Shown here: piece after piece, positions 1 through 7,065 of the stretch | Numbering within the stretch: the stretch's first letter is position 1 | Layout: the number at the start of each line of letters is the position of its first letter | Source: a virus | Lineage: Duplodnaviria; Heunggongvirae; Uroviricota; Caudoviricetes | Virus record (IMG/VR): IMGVR_UViG_2660238215_000016 | Span: 1-10,639 of that record | Length of the DNA: 10,639 bases | Strand: one strand, 5' to 3' | Notes under the pieces: generated by a model | Told to the model about the DNA's origin: nothing | Databases searched by the model: none | What the model saw: only the letters and a program-made list of their open reading frames with translations | Made by a program: the position numbers and the translations under genes

Positions 1-291
1 CGGAAGGCCTTCACCATATGCCATGCTGTTTGACTGCCCCGCCAGAACCACAACAAAGTAATACTCCGGGTCTCTGGTGGCGCTGATTACTGTGCCTTCT
101 CCATCCGACGGCTTCACCAACACAGGTGTGGTGACATCACCTTCCGCCGCAATGGCCTGCATCAGAGTATAAGGCGTGATGGCCACCGGGCTGCCAAATG
201 GCTGCCACCCCTCCTTCAGTTTTTGTGTCAGCTTTTCCGCAAGATCTGACGGCGACGCCGCCCTGACCACATCGTAGTGTTTAAATACCAT
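1..291 (-). CDS. Partial CDS (N-terminal part; runs off left edge): NanS-p-like phage sialate O-acetylesterase (DUF1737-like N-terminus leading into SASA/SGNH domain)
   Basis: Minus-strand translation from ATG at 291 reads MVFKHYDVVRAASPSDLAEKLTQKLKEGWQPFGSPVAIT...VVVLAGQSNSMAYGEGLP; the GQSN block is the characteristic first motif of SASA/SGNH esterases. SD-like GGAAAAGG lies 3-5 nt upstream of ATG 291; an in-frame ATG at 306 (MVEKVMVF...) is an alternative start. Not in the ORF track because it is truncated by the window edge. Family assignment from memory of prophage NanS-p proteins. Confidence 0.5.
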   Translation of the reverse strand, partial: MVFKHYDVVRAASPSDLAEKLTQKLKEGWQPFGSPVAITPYTLMQAIAAEGDVTTPVLVKPSDGEGTVISATRDPEYYFVVVLAGQSNSMAYGEGLP

Positions 292-1382
292 GACCTTTTC
301 CACCATATAAAGGAACAATAAATTCTTTTCTGATAGAGATTTAAATAAAAATACATTATTTTACAAAAAAATAATATCCATTACAAAAACATCCGATTTT
401 TTTATATTCCCGCTCATCCTGCTAATTTGTATTACAAAAAAATGAAACAACTTGAACCAAAGTGATACAAAATTAGAAAAGAAAACCCCAGGAAGACAAA
501 GAAGACGATCTTTTTCAATGAGTTACACTGATTTATTGACTATGATTTTTAGCAAAACAATCGAAAGCAATGTGTACCGAGAAGGTTAAAAGATGGAATG
601 GATAGTTATTGACACAGTGATATGCCCATCAAGCGGAATAACGTTTTCAACTGTATGGTGTAAAATAAAGTTGATAATCTGGTATCAGTCAGATGTGTTC
701 CTGCCACCCGGAAGTATTCTCACACCTGTTAACTCAGGTGTGATTATGGATAATAAGCTGCTTCCATTAACCATTTACAACGTGACACCATTTAACAGAA
801 AATTCTGGTTCCTTATCAGAAATCAAAAAGAGTGCCCCGGGAATTCAGTTAAAACAAAAATAAAATGCCATAATAGTATGTGTGTACTGATGATATGCCC
901 GTATGGATTATATAAGTAACAACATATGAATACATAACAGATAAACTATTGACCTTGAGGCTCATCCATATAAAGAAGAGCTCTCCGAAGAGGTGTGTAT
1001 TTGCATGCACATTCCTTTTTTGCTCTATGTCATGACCTCCGGCGACTCTATCCCGGCACCAGCAAACCCGCATCATTCTCGTTTCCGGTGTCTCTAAAAC
1101 CACAGCACACCTGCCCCCCCGCTGAGGGAGGGAAGCACTGTATCCGTACACTCAGCAACAGAAATACCACCTGCTCACTGCGCTACATATCAGCAACAAT
1201 TTTATACCCGAACATTATCATTCAACAGCATGGTTCACAACAACATCATAACCCAGGAAACGAGAATCAGATCAAAAAAACAGAAATTTTACATGAAAAA
1301 TACTTTTTATTAATATTGATAGCGTCGTACCACAAAATACGATGAATTATCCCTGAACTTAACATTAATGCCAGTATGTATT

Positions 1383-1402
1383 GCCCGCTGGTATCAGCGG
1401 GC
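1383..1402. other. Perfect 8-bp GC-rich hairpin (GCCCGCTG-GTAT-CAGCGGGC) about 110 nt downstream of the methyltransferase gene
   Basis: Inverted repeat read directly from sequence. No clean U-tract on either strand, so it is an RNA-structure or processing candidate rather than a canonical intrinsic terminator. Confidence 0.4.
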
Positions 1403-1513
1403 GCTTTAAGAGATCGTATTCATGACTACCTGGGAAAAAGCTATTTTACTATTGTCAGTTTTTATTGCAGCCTTATCTGTCTACTTGCTTCACAGCCTGA
1501 ACTGACCATATCT

Positions 1514-2590
1514 TTATTCATCCTTCCCGTCATCAATTGAGCATGTAAGGATGTGACTAATCTCCTTAACGGTCTGCGCAAAACGTTCTGCCTCCAGTTC
1601 AACACCAGTTGCACGACGCCCGAGCGCCATAGCTGCTTTTATGGTTGAGCCAGAACCCATGAAAAAATCCGCCACCAGGTCACCCGGACGACTGCTCGCG
1701 CAGATTATCTGCCGCAGCATTTCTGCCGGTTTTTCGCACGGATGTTTCCCTGGATAGTACTGCACCGGTTTATGCGTCCACACATCGGTGTACGGCACCT
1801 GCACCGTCACACCGAAATACCGCCGCAAATTTTTATATTCACTCAGCAGTTCCATGTACTGTCGGTTCAGCTCACTGTATGTGCTGACCAGTTGGTAATG
1901 GGACTTTTCCAGTTCTCCCCGCTGATGTTTCTCTTCTGCCACCCGGGCAAACAGCGACTGTAATTTCAGATAATCGCTTTCGTTCGGTAGCTGCCACTGA
2001 CTGGCACTGAACCAGTGCGACACCATGTTTTTCTTTCCTGTGGCATCTGCAATCTGTTTTGCTGTTATCCCAAGAGCAGCACGCGCATCACGAAAGTAAG
2101 AAATCAGCGGGGCCATCACATGCTGTTTCAGTGCCCTGCCCTTCGCCTCATCGCCATCATCTTTCGGACGATACGGCCCCTGATAATGTTCCGCGAACAG
2201 AATGCGTTCTGTGGCCGGAAAATACGCCCGCAGGCTTTCCTTGTTGCACCCGTTCCAGCGTCCGGACGGCTTCGCCCAGATAATATGGTTCAGCACATTG
2301 AAGCGTTCACGCATCATGATTTCAATGTCAGATGCCAGGCGATGGTCACAGAACAGGTAAAGACTTCCGGCAGGTTTCAGCACCCGCCAGAACTGCGCCA
2401 GACACTGGTCCAGCCACTTCAGGTAATCATCGTCGCCCTTCCACTGGTTATCCCAGCCCTCGGGCTTCACTTTAAAGTATGGCGGGTCTGTGACTATCAG
2501 ATCGACAGAGTTTTCCGGTAAGGTCTGGATAAATTCCAGGCAATCAGCGTTGATTAACTCACAACTGGATATTTTTACAGTATTAAGCAT
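1514..2590 (-). CDS. Phage-encoded DNA methyltransferase (N6-adenine/N4-cytosine amino-methyltransferase, beta-class motif order)
   Basis: 358-aa ORF with ATG start. Motif IV DLIVTDPPY near the N-terminus and SAM-binding motif I FFMGSGST near the C-terminus (order IV then I). Position downstream of Q in the late transcript matches lambdoid prophage orphan methylases. Confidence 0.85.
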   Translation of the reverse strand: MLNTVKISSCELINADCLEFIQTLPENSVDLIVTDPPYFKVKPEGWDNQWKGDDDYLKWLDQCLAQFWRVLKPAGSLYLFCDHRLASDIEIMMRERFNVLNHIIWAKPSGRWNGCNKESLRAYFPATERILFAEHYQGPYRPKDDGDEAKGRALKQHVMAPLISYFRDARAALGITAKQIADATGKKNMVSHWFSASQWQLPNESDYLKLQSLFARVAEEKHQRGELEKSHYQLVSTYSELNRQYMELLSEYKNLRRYFGVTVQVPYTDVWTHKPVQYYPGKHPCEKPAEMLRQIICASSRPGDLVADFFMGSGSTIKAAMALGRRATGVELEAERFAQTVKEISHILTCSIDDGKDE

Positions 2591-2740
2591 GGATCATTAA
2601 GCCTGTCTCTGATAGGCTCATTCTGCTTTTGCGCAAAGCAGTGGGCCTGAGGTTTGCTTGTGAACCCAACGCATGAGCAGATGGCTGGTAGGTGCCCCTA
2701 ACACCCACCAGCCGCCCATTTACCACAAATAAAAAAGCCT

Positions 2741-2938
2741 TCACTGCGGAAGGCGTCTGTAACAACCGAACTGATAGTCTGCCAGACCCGCCATAACAAG
2801 CTGGGTCAGTATTAACTGGCAGCGTTCGCGTGAAAGGTAAGTATTCTGCGCAATCTCCCCGACTGTCGCCGGGTCGGTAACGCTTAATTCATTAAACACC
2901 ACTCTGGCGGTTTCTGTCATATCCTGCTGTTTTAGCAT
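2741..2938 (-). CDS. Small hypothetical phage protein (65 aa), possibly helix-turn-helix-like
   Basis: Intact ORF with ATG start and upstream AGGGAAAA SD-like sequence, same orientation as flanking phage genes, between the tR'-like terminator and the methyltransferase. No family recognised. Confidence 0.4.
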   Translation of the reverse strand: MLKQQDMTETARVVFNELSVTDPATVGEIAQNTYLSRERCQLILTQLVMAGLADYQFGCYRRLPQ

Positions 2939-3060
2939 GTCTTTTTTCCCTTTTGGTTAACGTGACATACCAATAACTCTTGTCCAAAAAGCCAGTAAGC
3001 AGAAAGACCGGTATTCGCAACCACCAGCGCATTTAACGCCCCGTGCCGTTTTTCAGTCAT

Positions 3061-3082
3061 AAAAAAACCCGCAAAAAGCGGG
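3061..3082 (-). terminator. Rho-independent terminator immediately downstream of the Q gene (tR'-like late-operon terminator)
   Basis: On the minus strand: stem CCCGC, loop TTTTT, stem GCGGG, followed by seven T (plus-strand A-run 3061-3067). It sits about 80 nt downstream of the Q stop codon, matching the lambda pR'-qut-tR' arrangement. Confidence 0.75.
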
Positions 3083-3161
3083 CTCTTTCAAATGTCCATG
3101 TCTGCTATTCGCCTCGCGGTACAGCTTTGCGAAGCTTACCGGAATTGAAGCAGTTTTTACG

Positions 3162-3728
3162 TCAAAAAGCAATAACTTTTTTCTCTATACCAAAAGCCAT
3201 AACCATTGGTTTGTACAAAATAAATTCTGCCACCTTTAGCCAATGCTCAATGCGTCTTTCACAGGTTCTTAAACTCCATTCCGGATGTGCATCATTCAGC
3301 AGTTCAGCCATTTTGCGCTTAGTCATCCCCCGCCCCACATAACGCTGACTCAGAACATTGAGCAGCCCGGGATAACCTGCCAGTACTTCACCAATAACCC
3401 TGTCGATTATTAACGCCTCTGAATCGGTACAATGTGCCAGCCAGCTTTTTTGATTGCCGTTGATCATATCCCGCAAAAAAGCCTCAAGTTCAGGTTTGTC
3501 CAGACCCGCTTTTTTCATCCTCCGGAGCGCCTCGTTAATTGCCGTTTTTGTCAGCTTTTTAGAGGTCAGTAATTGGTTGAACATATTTCCCGTCTTACCG
3601 TCGCCAATATACGACCAACGCCCCCACATACGCAGTTTCCCCTGGATCCAGACACTTTCCAGCGTTTTCAGGCGTAAATGCTCACCGCTTTTGCCTGTAA
3701 TTTCCGGGTATATCATATTTATGCTCAC
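3162..3728 (-). CDS. Q-like late-gene antitermination protein
   Basis: 188-aa ORF directly downstream of rusA (GTGA start/stop overlap at 3725-3728; in-frame ATG at 3716 is an alternative start) and directly upstream of a strong terminator. N-terminal region LRMWGRWS...FNQLLTSKKLTK resembles the WGAW...GLITSKVKSR region of 933W/82-type Q proteins (recalled, not searched). Synteny rusA-Q-terminator is typical. Confidence 0.6.
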   Translation of the reverse strand: MSINMIYPEITGKSGEHLRLKTLESVWIQGKLRMWGRWSYIGDGKTGNMFNQLLTSKKLTKTAINEALRRMKKAGLDKPELEAFLRDMINGNQKSWLAHCTDSEALIIDRVIGEVLAGYPGLLNVLSQRYVGRGMTKRKMAELLNDAHPEWSLRTCERRIEHWLKVAEFILYKPMVMAFGIEKKVIAF

Positions 3729-4084
3729 TCACTTTCAATTTTGTAAATCTTCACGCCCAGCCGCCCACCAGAAACGAGCTGACCGCGCACAATATTGATT
3801 TCATCAAACTGCTCGTCGTCTATGAGAAGTCCGGCATGCGTCAGCGCATCCAGCGGTGCTTTCAGGATATTGTCCAGATCACGACGGCGCTTATCCGGTG
3901 GCTCTGCAATAATCTTTATCGCCAGCCTTCCGGACAGGCTTAATTTCAGCCGCTGCTGGCGAACAATAAGCGCCACAGCCCGGCGATAACGCTTTCCCTC
4001 CTCCGAGATAAAATATGTGCTGCCACGGCGTCGCCAGTAAGTGTTCACCGTCGGCGGGTAAGGTAAAACCAAATCTATGAGCAT
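3725..4084 (-). CDS. rusA: RusA Holliday-junction resolvase (crossover junction endodeoxyribonuclease)
   Basis: 119-aa ORF. LPYPPTVNTYWRRRG...PDKRRRDLDNILKAPLDALTHAGLLIDDEQ matches the RusA family catalytic core (DRRRRDLDN / D-x-L motif region); length about 120 aa as in E. coli RusA. Good SD (AGAGGTGA) 5 nt upstream of ATG. Confidence 0.9.
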   Translation of the reverse strand: MLIDLVLPYPPTVNTYWRRRGSTYFISEEGKRYRRAVALIVRQQRLKLSLSGRLAIKIIAEPPDKRRRDLDNILKAPLDALTHAGLLIDDEQFDEINIVRGQLVSGGRLGVKIYKIESE

Positions 4085-4096
4085 CAGTCACCTCTT

Positions 4097-5146
4097 TTAC
4101 CCAAGCACGCCAGTTGCAAAGGCGTGATCAAGAAAACGAAAAATTAAATCAACCTGAGAGCCATGCTTTTCTTCGAACGCCAGCGGATCCGCATGAAGCT
4201 CGTTGTGATGCTCCCGACACAGCGGTAGCGTGAAAATATCGTGAGATTTTGTCCCCATTCCGCCCTGACCATGACCAATCAGGTGATGGGGATCGTCGGC
4301 TGGCTTACCACAACACGCACACGGCTGAGTCTTCACCCAGCGTGTGTATTTCTCGTTAACCCAGCGGCGACGTTTAGGTCGTTTCATGAAAGATTCCGGA
4401 GACTCAGGATCAACGGCAATGCTGACCACCGTCTTTTCCTGTGGTGGGTTCTGTTGCTGGTGGACGTCAGGCAGTAACGCAATATTTTTTGTGCGCTGCT
4501 TCAGTATGCTGGTGGCGGTCTGCTCTCCCGGCACGATGTCGCTTTCACGGTACATTGAGCGGATTTTTTCCGCACGCACCCCCAGCGAACGACGTAATAC
4601 CGCTTCCGGTAGCGCGTCCGCCACCTGATTGCGGACCGCCCACCAGGATAATTCAGCCAAAGATAATTCACGCTCCTGCGTACCGCTTATTGCGTGACCG
4701 ATGACGTCAATCATCCATGCTGACAGGTTTTGATGAGCAAGTTGCTCGAGTGATTCGGATGTCTGGTCACGCAGCTGGTTGTCGCAGTGCCAGCACAACA
4801 CCATTGCGCCGGTACCATAACGGTGAATGACAGTTTCGCTGTGATGATAATCGCCGTGTGGCCACTGGCAGGATTTCACGTGACGCAACAGCCAGTCAGA
4901 CAATGCACCAGCACCACCAGCAGCACGAATCACCCGTGCGTTACTGAAAAACGGCAGCAATGTTTTGTCTTCCACCAGCGGCTGGCGAACGGCAGGAACG
5001 ACCCCGGACGGCAGATTACGCATGCTTTTCGGTTCCGGCTCCATCAATACCCGGGTATTGTGGAATACTGGCATGGATTCACGGCCCGGCTTAACGATCA
5101 CCAGCCCGAGTTCCGGTACCAGAACAGGTCGAAGTAATACCCGCAC
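4097..5146 (-). CDS. DUF968 family prophage protein (YdfU-like) with C-terminal Cys/His-rich HNH-like region
   Basis: 349-aa ORF, the same length as K-12 Qin YdfU from memory. C-terminus CACCGKPADDPHHLIGHGQGGMGTKSHDIFTLPLCREHHNELH is a Cys/His cluster typical of DUF968. Lies in the conserved position upstream of rusA. Confidence 0.75.
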   Translation of the reverse strand: MRVLLRPVLVPELGLVIVKPGRESMPVFHNTRVLMEPEPKSMRNLPSGVVPAVRQPLVEDKTLLPFFSNARVIRAAGGAGALSDWLLRHVKSCQWPHGDYHHSETVIHRYGTGAMVLCWHCDNQLRDQTSESLEQLAHQNLSAWMIDVIGHAISGTQERELSLAELSWWAVRNQVADALPEAVLRRSLGVRAEKIRSMYRESDIVPGEQTATSILKQRTKNIALLPDVHQQQNPPQEKTVVSIAVDPESPESFMKRPKRRRWVNEKYTRWVKTQPCACCGKPADDPHHLIGHGQGGMGTKSHDIFTLPLCREHHNELHADPLAFEEKHGSQVDLIFRFLDHAFATGVLG

Positions 5147-5147
5147 G

Positions 5148-5426
5148 TTACCTCCAGATGCGTTGCTGGAATGTGCGAGACGGACGCGGTGGGCGTTCAG
5201 AGTAAGGAAGCCTGACGGAGATTATCCAGTGACGGTAGTCGAGACTAAGGGCTTTCTTAACCTCGTATCCGCGCCTGCGGTAACACTGAATTATCCATTC
5301 AGCCTGCTCTTCAGTACATGGAGGGTGTTGGAACCATTCAGACTTGAATGCGTGAGAATACCGCTCGTGCGTGCAGGCAAGAACGGGCGAATTATCAGAA
5401 TTGTAATATTTTACGTTGCGTGCCAT
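5148..5426 (-). CDS. Hypothetical phage protein (92 aa), tightly coupled to the downstream DUF968 gene
   Basis: ATG start with GGAGAA SD about 7 nt upstream; its stop codon is 1 nt from the start codon of the 4097..5146 gene. No family recognised. Confidence 0.55.
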   Translation of the reverse strand: MARNVKYYNSDNSPVLACTHERYSHAFKSEWFQHPPCTEEQAEWIIQCYRRRGYEVKKALSLDYRHWIISVRLPYSERPPRPSRTFQQRIWR

Positions 5427-5492
5427 CGGTTTTCTCCGGTGGCACGGTGTTACTCAGCGGGAGTTCAGCCCCGCGCAAGATTGTAGATGAGT

Positions 5493-5744
5493 TTATTCTT
5501 CTGCAAAAGCTGAAAAGCCTGCTTTTATTCCGATCTCTTTCAGTGCCTGTAATGAAGTGACAAACTCACCTTCGCGCAAGATAAATCCGTCTGTCACTCG
5601 ACCATCCACAAAATTAATTAACGCAGCCCCATTCTTTCGCAAACACATAATGCGGTAATGACTAACAAGATTTCCATTTTCAACGCACACAGCATAGAGG
5701 CCATCTTCACAAAAAATTTTACGCAGTTCTTCGATGTTCATCAT
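5493..5744 (-). CDS. Small prophage protein, Rem-like (83 aa)
   Basis: ATG start with GGAAGGA SD. Length and position (between hokD and the ydfU-like gene) match the Qin prophage rem gene; assigned by synteny and length from memory, not by sequence comparison. Confidence 0.55.
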   Translation of the reverse strand: MMNIEELRKIFCEDGLYAVCVENGNLVSHYRIMCLRKNGAALINFVDGRVTDGFILREGEFVTSLQALKEIGIKAGFSAFAEE

Positions 5745-5860
5745 CAGAATCCTTCCGGATAATTAGCTCTCCCCTTTAAGGGACCATCCCTCTTATCCCT
5801 GCGCGCTACTTAAGTATTTTTGATTCTATTCCGGCGCCGTCCAGAACTTCAAACGCGTTG

Positions 5861-5891
5861 AAAATAAAAACAAAAACCCGCCGAAGCGGGT
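5861..5891 (-). terminator. Rho-independent terminator at the 3' end of the hok mRNA (fbi/terminator region)
   Basis: Minus strand: hairpin ACCCGC-TTCG-GCGGGT followed by TTTTGTTTTTATTTT, about 70 nt downstream of the hok stop codon. Confidence 0.65.
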
Positions 5892-5960
5892 TAAGTGCGG
5901 GTGCGTTGAGGATGCCTGCCACATCAGAGGTGGCGAGGGATTTCTCCCTCGCCGGGTCTC

Positions 5961-6116
5961 TTACTCCTCAGGTTCGTAAGCTGTGAAGACAGCGACCTCC
6001 GTCTGGCCGGTTCGGATTCGTACCTCGCAGAGGTCTTTCCTCGTTACCAGTGCCGTCACTATGACGGTTAAACAGATGACGATCAGGGCGATTAACATCG
6101 CCTTTTGCTGCTTCAT
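5961..6116 (-). CDS. hokD: Hok-family type I toxin (HokD/RelF-type small membrane toxin)
   Basis: 51-aa translation MKQQKAMLIALIVICLTVIVTALVTRKDLCEVRIRTGQTEVAVFTAYEPEE matches HokD as I recall it; AAGGAG SD about 9 nt upstream of ATG at 6116. Confidence 0.9.
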   Translation of the reverse strand: MKQQKAMLIALIVICLTVIVTALVTRKDLCEVRIRTGQTEVAVFTAYEPEE

Positions 6117-6173
6117 AGCCTGCTTCTCCTTGCCTTTCGGCACGTAAGAGGCTAACCTACATGTGTCTAGCAT
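5961..6173 (-). CDS. mok-like overlapping reading frame (modulator of killing) through which hok translation is coupled
   Basis: 70-aa ORF starting at ATG 6173 and co-terminal with hok (MLDTCRLASYVPKGKEKQA-MKQQK...), the same architecture as mok/hok in plasmid R1 hok/sok. Confidence 0.5.
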   Translation of the reverse strand: MLDTCRLASYVPKGKEKQAMKQQKAMLIALIVICLTVIVTALVTRKDLCEVRIRTGQTEVAVFTAYEPEE

Positions 6174-6200
6174 GAAATTGGCCTCAGATTAATGTTAAGC
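6135..6200 (+). ncRNA. Predicted Sok-like antisense RNA region (coordinates approximate)
   Basis: Placed by analogy with R1 hok/sok, where Sok is antisense to the hok leader around the mok SD and start. Here the mok ATG is at 6171-6173 and the tac-like 5' element of the hok mRNA (GCTTGAGGCTATCTGTCTCA on the minus strand) lies near 6265-6285. Promoter and ends not confidently read. Confidence 0.3.
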
Positions 6201-6291
6201 GTCTTGCAGGACGCGTAATGTTAACTGGGGCTTTTCTCTATCTGCCTTTGGTGTTCATGCCTGAGACAGATAGCCTCAAGCACCCGCAGCC

Positions 6292-6320
6292 ATTCTACTT
6301 AACTCCCGTTACCCCGCCAA
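6292..6320 (-). promoter_or_regulatory. Putative sigma70 promoter of the hok/mok mRNA
   Basis: Minus strand: -35 TTGGCG (6315-6320), 17-nt spacer, -10 TAGAAT (6292-6297), immediately upstream of the tac-like GCTTGAGGCT leader element. Confidence 0.4.
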
Positions 6321-6429
6321 TATGAAATCAGTCAGAAAGGCGATCCATAAGAATAATGAATTCTGTAAGGCAATAGTCTCACTGTCTAACATATCTTACC
6401 TGATTACTTTACAATATAATAATTCATAG

Positions 6430-7065
6430 TTAAATCAAATGAATGTCATCATCCAATAATTCATTAGTAGTAATACTACCTTTTTTGAAAAAATTTTCAT
6501 TTGCCTCAGCAATTTTTGCATCATTAACAAATTCATCACACATCCCAAAATAATGAAAAAATCTATTTAGTTTACATATTCCAATGGTATAGTGCCCTTT
6601 AGGTGTTTTGTCCACATAAACACGATTTGCTTTTATAATATGCATCTCATAATCATCTATATGTGGATGAACGATGCGAAATGATGCAGATGCAGTTGGA
6701 TAGTTTTTGCGCCGCCCCCCATTTATTACGGGTTCAAATAACACTTCATTTTTACCTTTGAATTCATTGCAGTCAGGACATACTACACATAGATTCTTAG
6801 GTTCAAAAATAAAACATAGATATTGAGATTTTGGCACAATATGCTCTATAGGAGCAGCTTGTGCAGCTCTTACCCCAATAGGCTCATGACAATATACACA
6901 TTCTAGCTTTTGTTCTTCTCTGTAATGATTTCTAATTTCTGCACGGAGAACTTGCAAATCATCATCTCCCCAGTTGGTATGCTTAAAATCTGGAGAAGAC
7001 AATTTTTTCTCAATAATATCTAATGACTCTGCGCTGAATCTAATTGGATTTTTAATTTTTGGCAT
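6430..7065 (-). CDS. HNH endonuclease, PtuB-like (downstream gene of a Septu-like ATPase+HNH pair)
   Basis: His-Me finger read from translation: CVYCHE ... EHIVPKS ... CVVCPDCNEFKGKN (CxxC...H...N...CxxC). ATG at 7065 with AGGTG upstream; the ORF track start (7074) is an in-frame GTG. Overlaps the upstream ATPase gene by 14 nt (23 nt with the GTG start). Strongly AT-rich by eye. Confidence 0.8.
   Translation of the reverse strand: MPKIKNPIRFSAESLDIIEKKLSSPDFKHTNWGDDDLQVLRAEIRNHYREEQKLECVYCHEPIGVRAAQAAPIEHIVPKSQYLCFIFEPKNLCVVCPDCNEFKGKNEVLFEPVINGGRRKNYPTASASFRIVHPHIDDYEMHIIKANRVYVDKTPKGHYTIGICKLNRFFHYFGMCDEFVNDAKIAEANENFFKKGSITTNELLDDDIHLI

Noticed and set aside
593-1345. ORFs 593..919 (+), 849..1151 (-) and 995..1345 (+) in the region between the esterase and methyltransferase genes
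   Set aside because: No convincing SD sequences and no recognisable domains, and the three overlap one another; more likely non-coding or decayed sequence. Kept only as a region to check by homology search.
1742-2521. Plus-strand ORFs 1742..1963, 2015..2521 and 2059..2283, lying antisense inside the methyltransferase gene
   Set aside because: They lie entirely within a well-supported minus-strand gene, have no recognisable motifs or RBS, and are typical antisense shadow ORFs.
2583-2765. 60-aa minus-strand ORF overlapping the start of the methyltransferase gene
   Set aside because: It overlaps the methyltransferase start region and the 3' end of the 65-aa gene, and has no RBS or motif support.
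920-3160. tRNA genes or stx toxin genes between Q and the lysis-side genes, as found in Stx phages
   Set aside because: I found no cloverleaf-compatible sequences or StxA/StxB-like ORFs; the Q-downstream region is occupied by the methyltransferase.
3043-5560. Plus-strand ORFs 3043..3342, 3454..3798, 3795..3989, 4241..4477, 4344..4628, 4441..4704, 4787..5137, 4965..5486, 5348..5560 and minus-strand ORF 3891..4091
   Set aside because: All overlap the Q, rusA, ydfU-like and neighbouring genes in alternative or antisense frames; their translations are low-complexity (Arg/Ser/Pro-rich) and lack start-site signals.
6180-6430. relE/relB upstream of hokD, as in the K-12 relBEF operon
   Set aside because: All three minus-strand frames in 6241-6330 hit stop codons quickly and nothing resembles the RelE C-terminus; the hok gene instead has its own promoter and leader.
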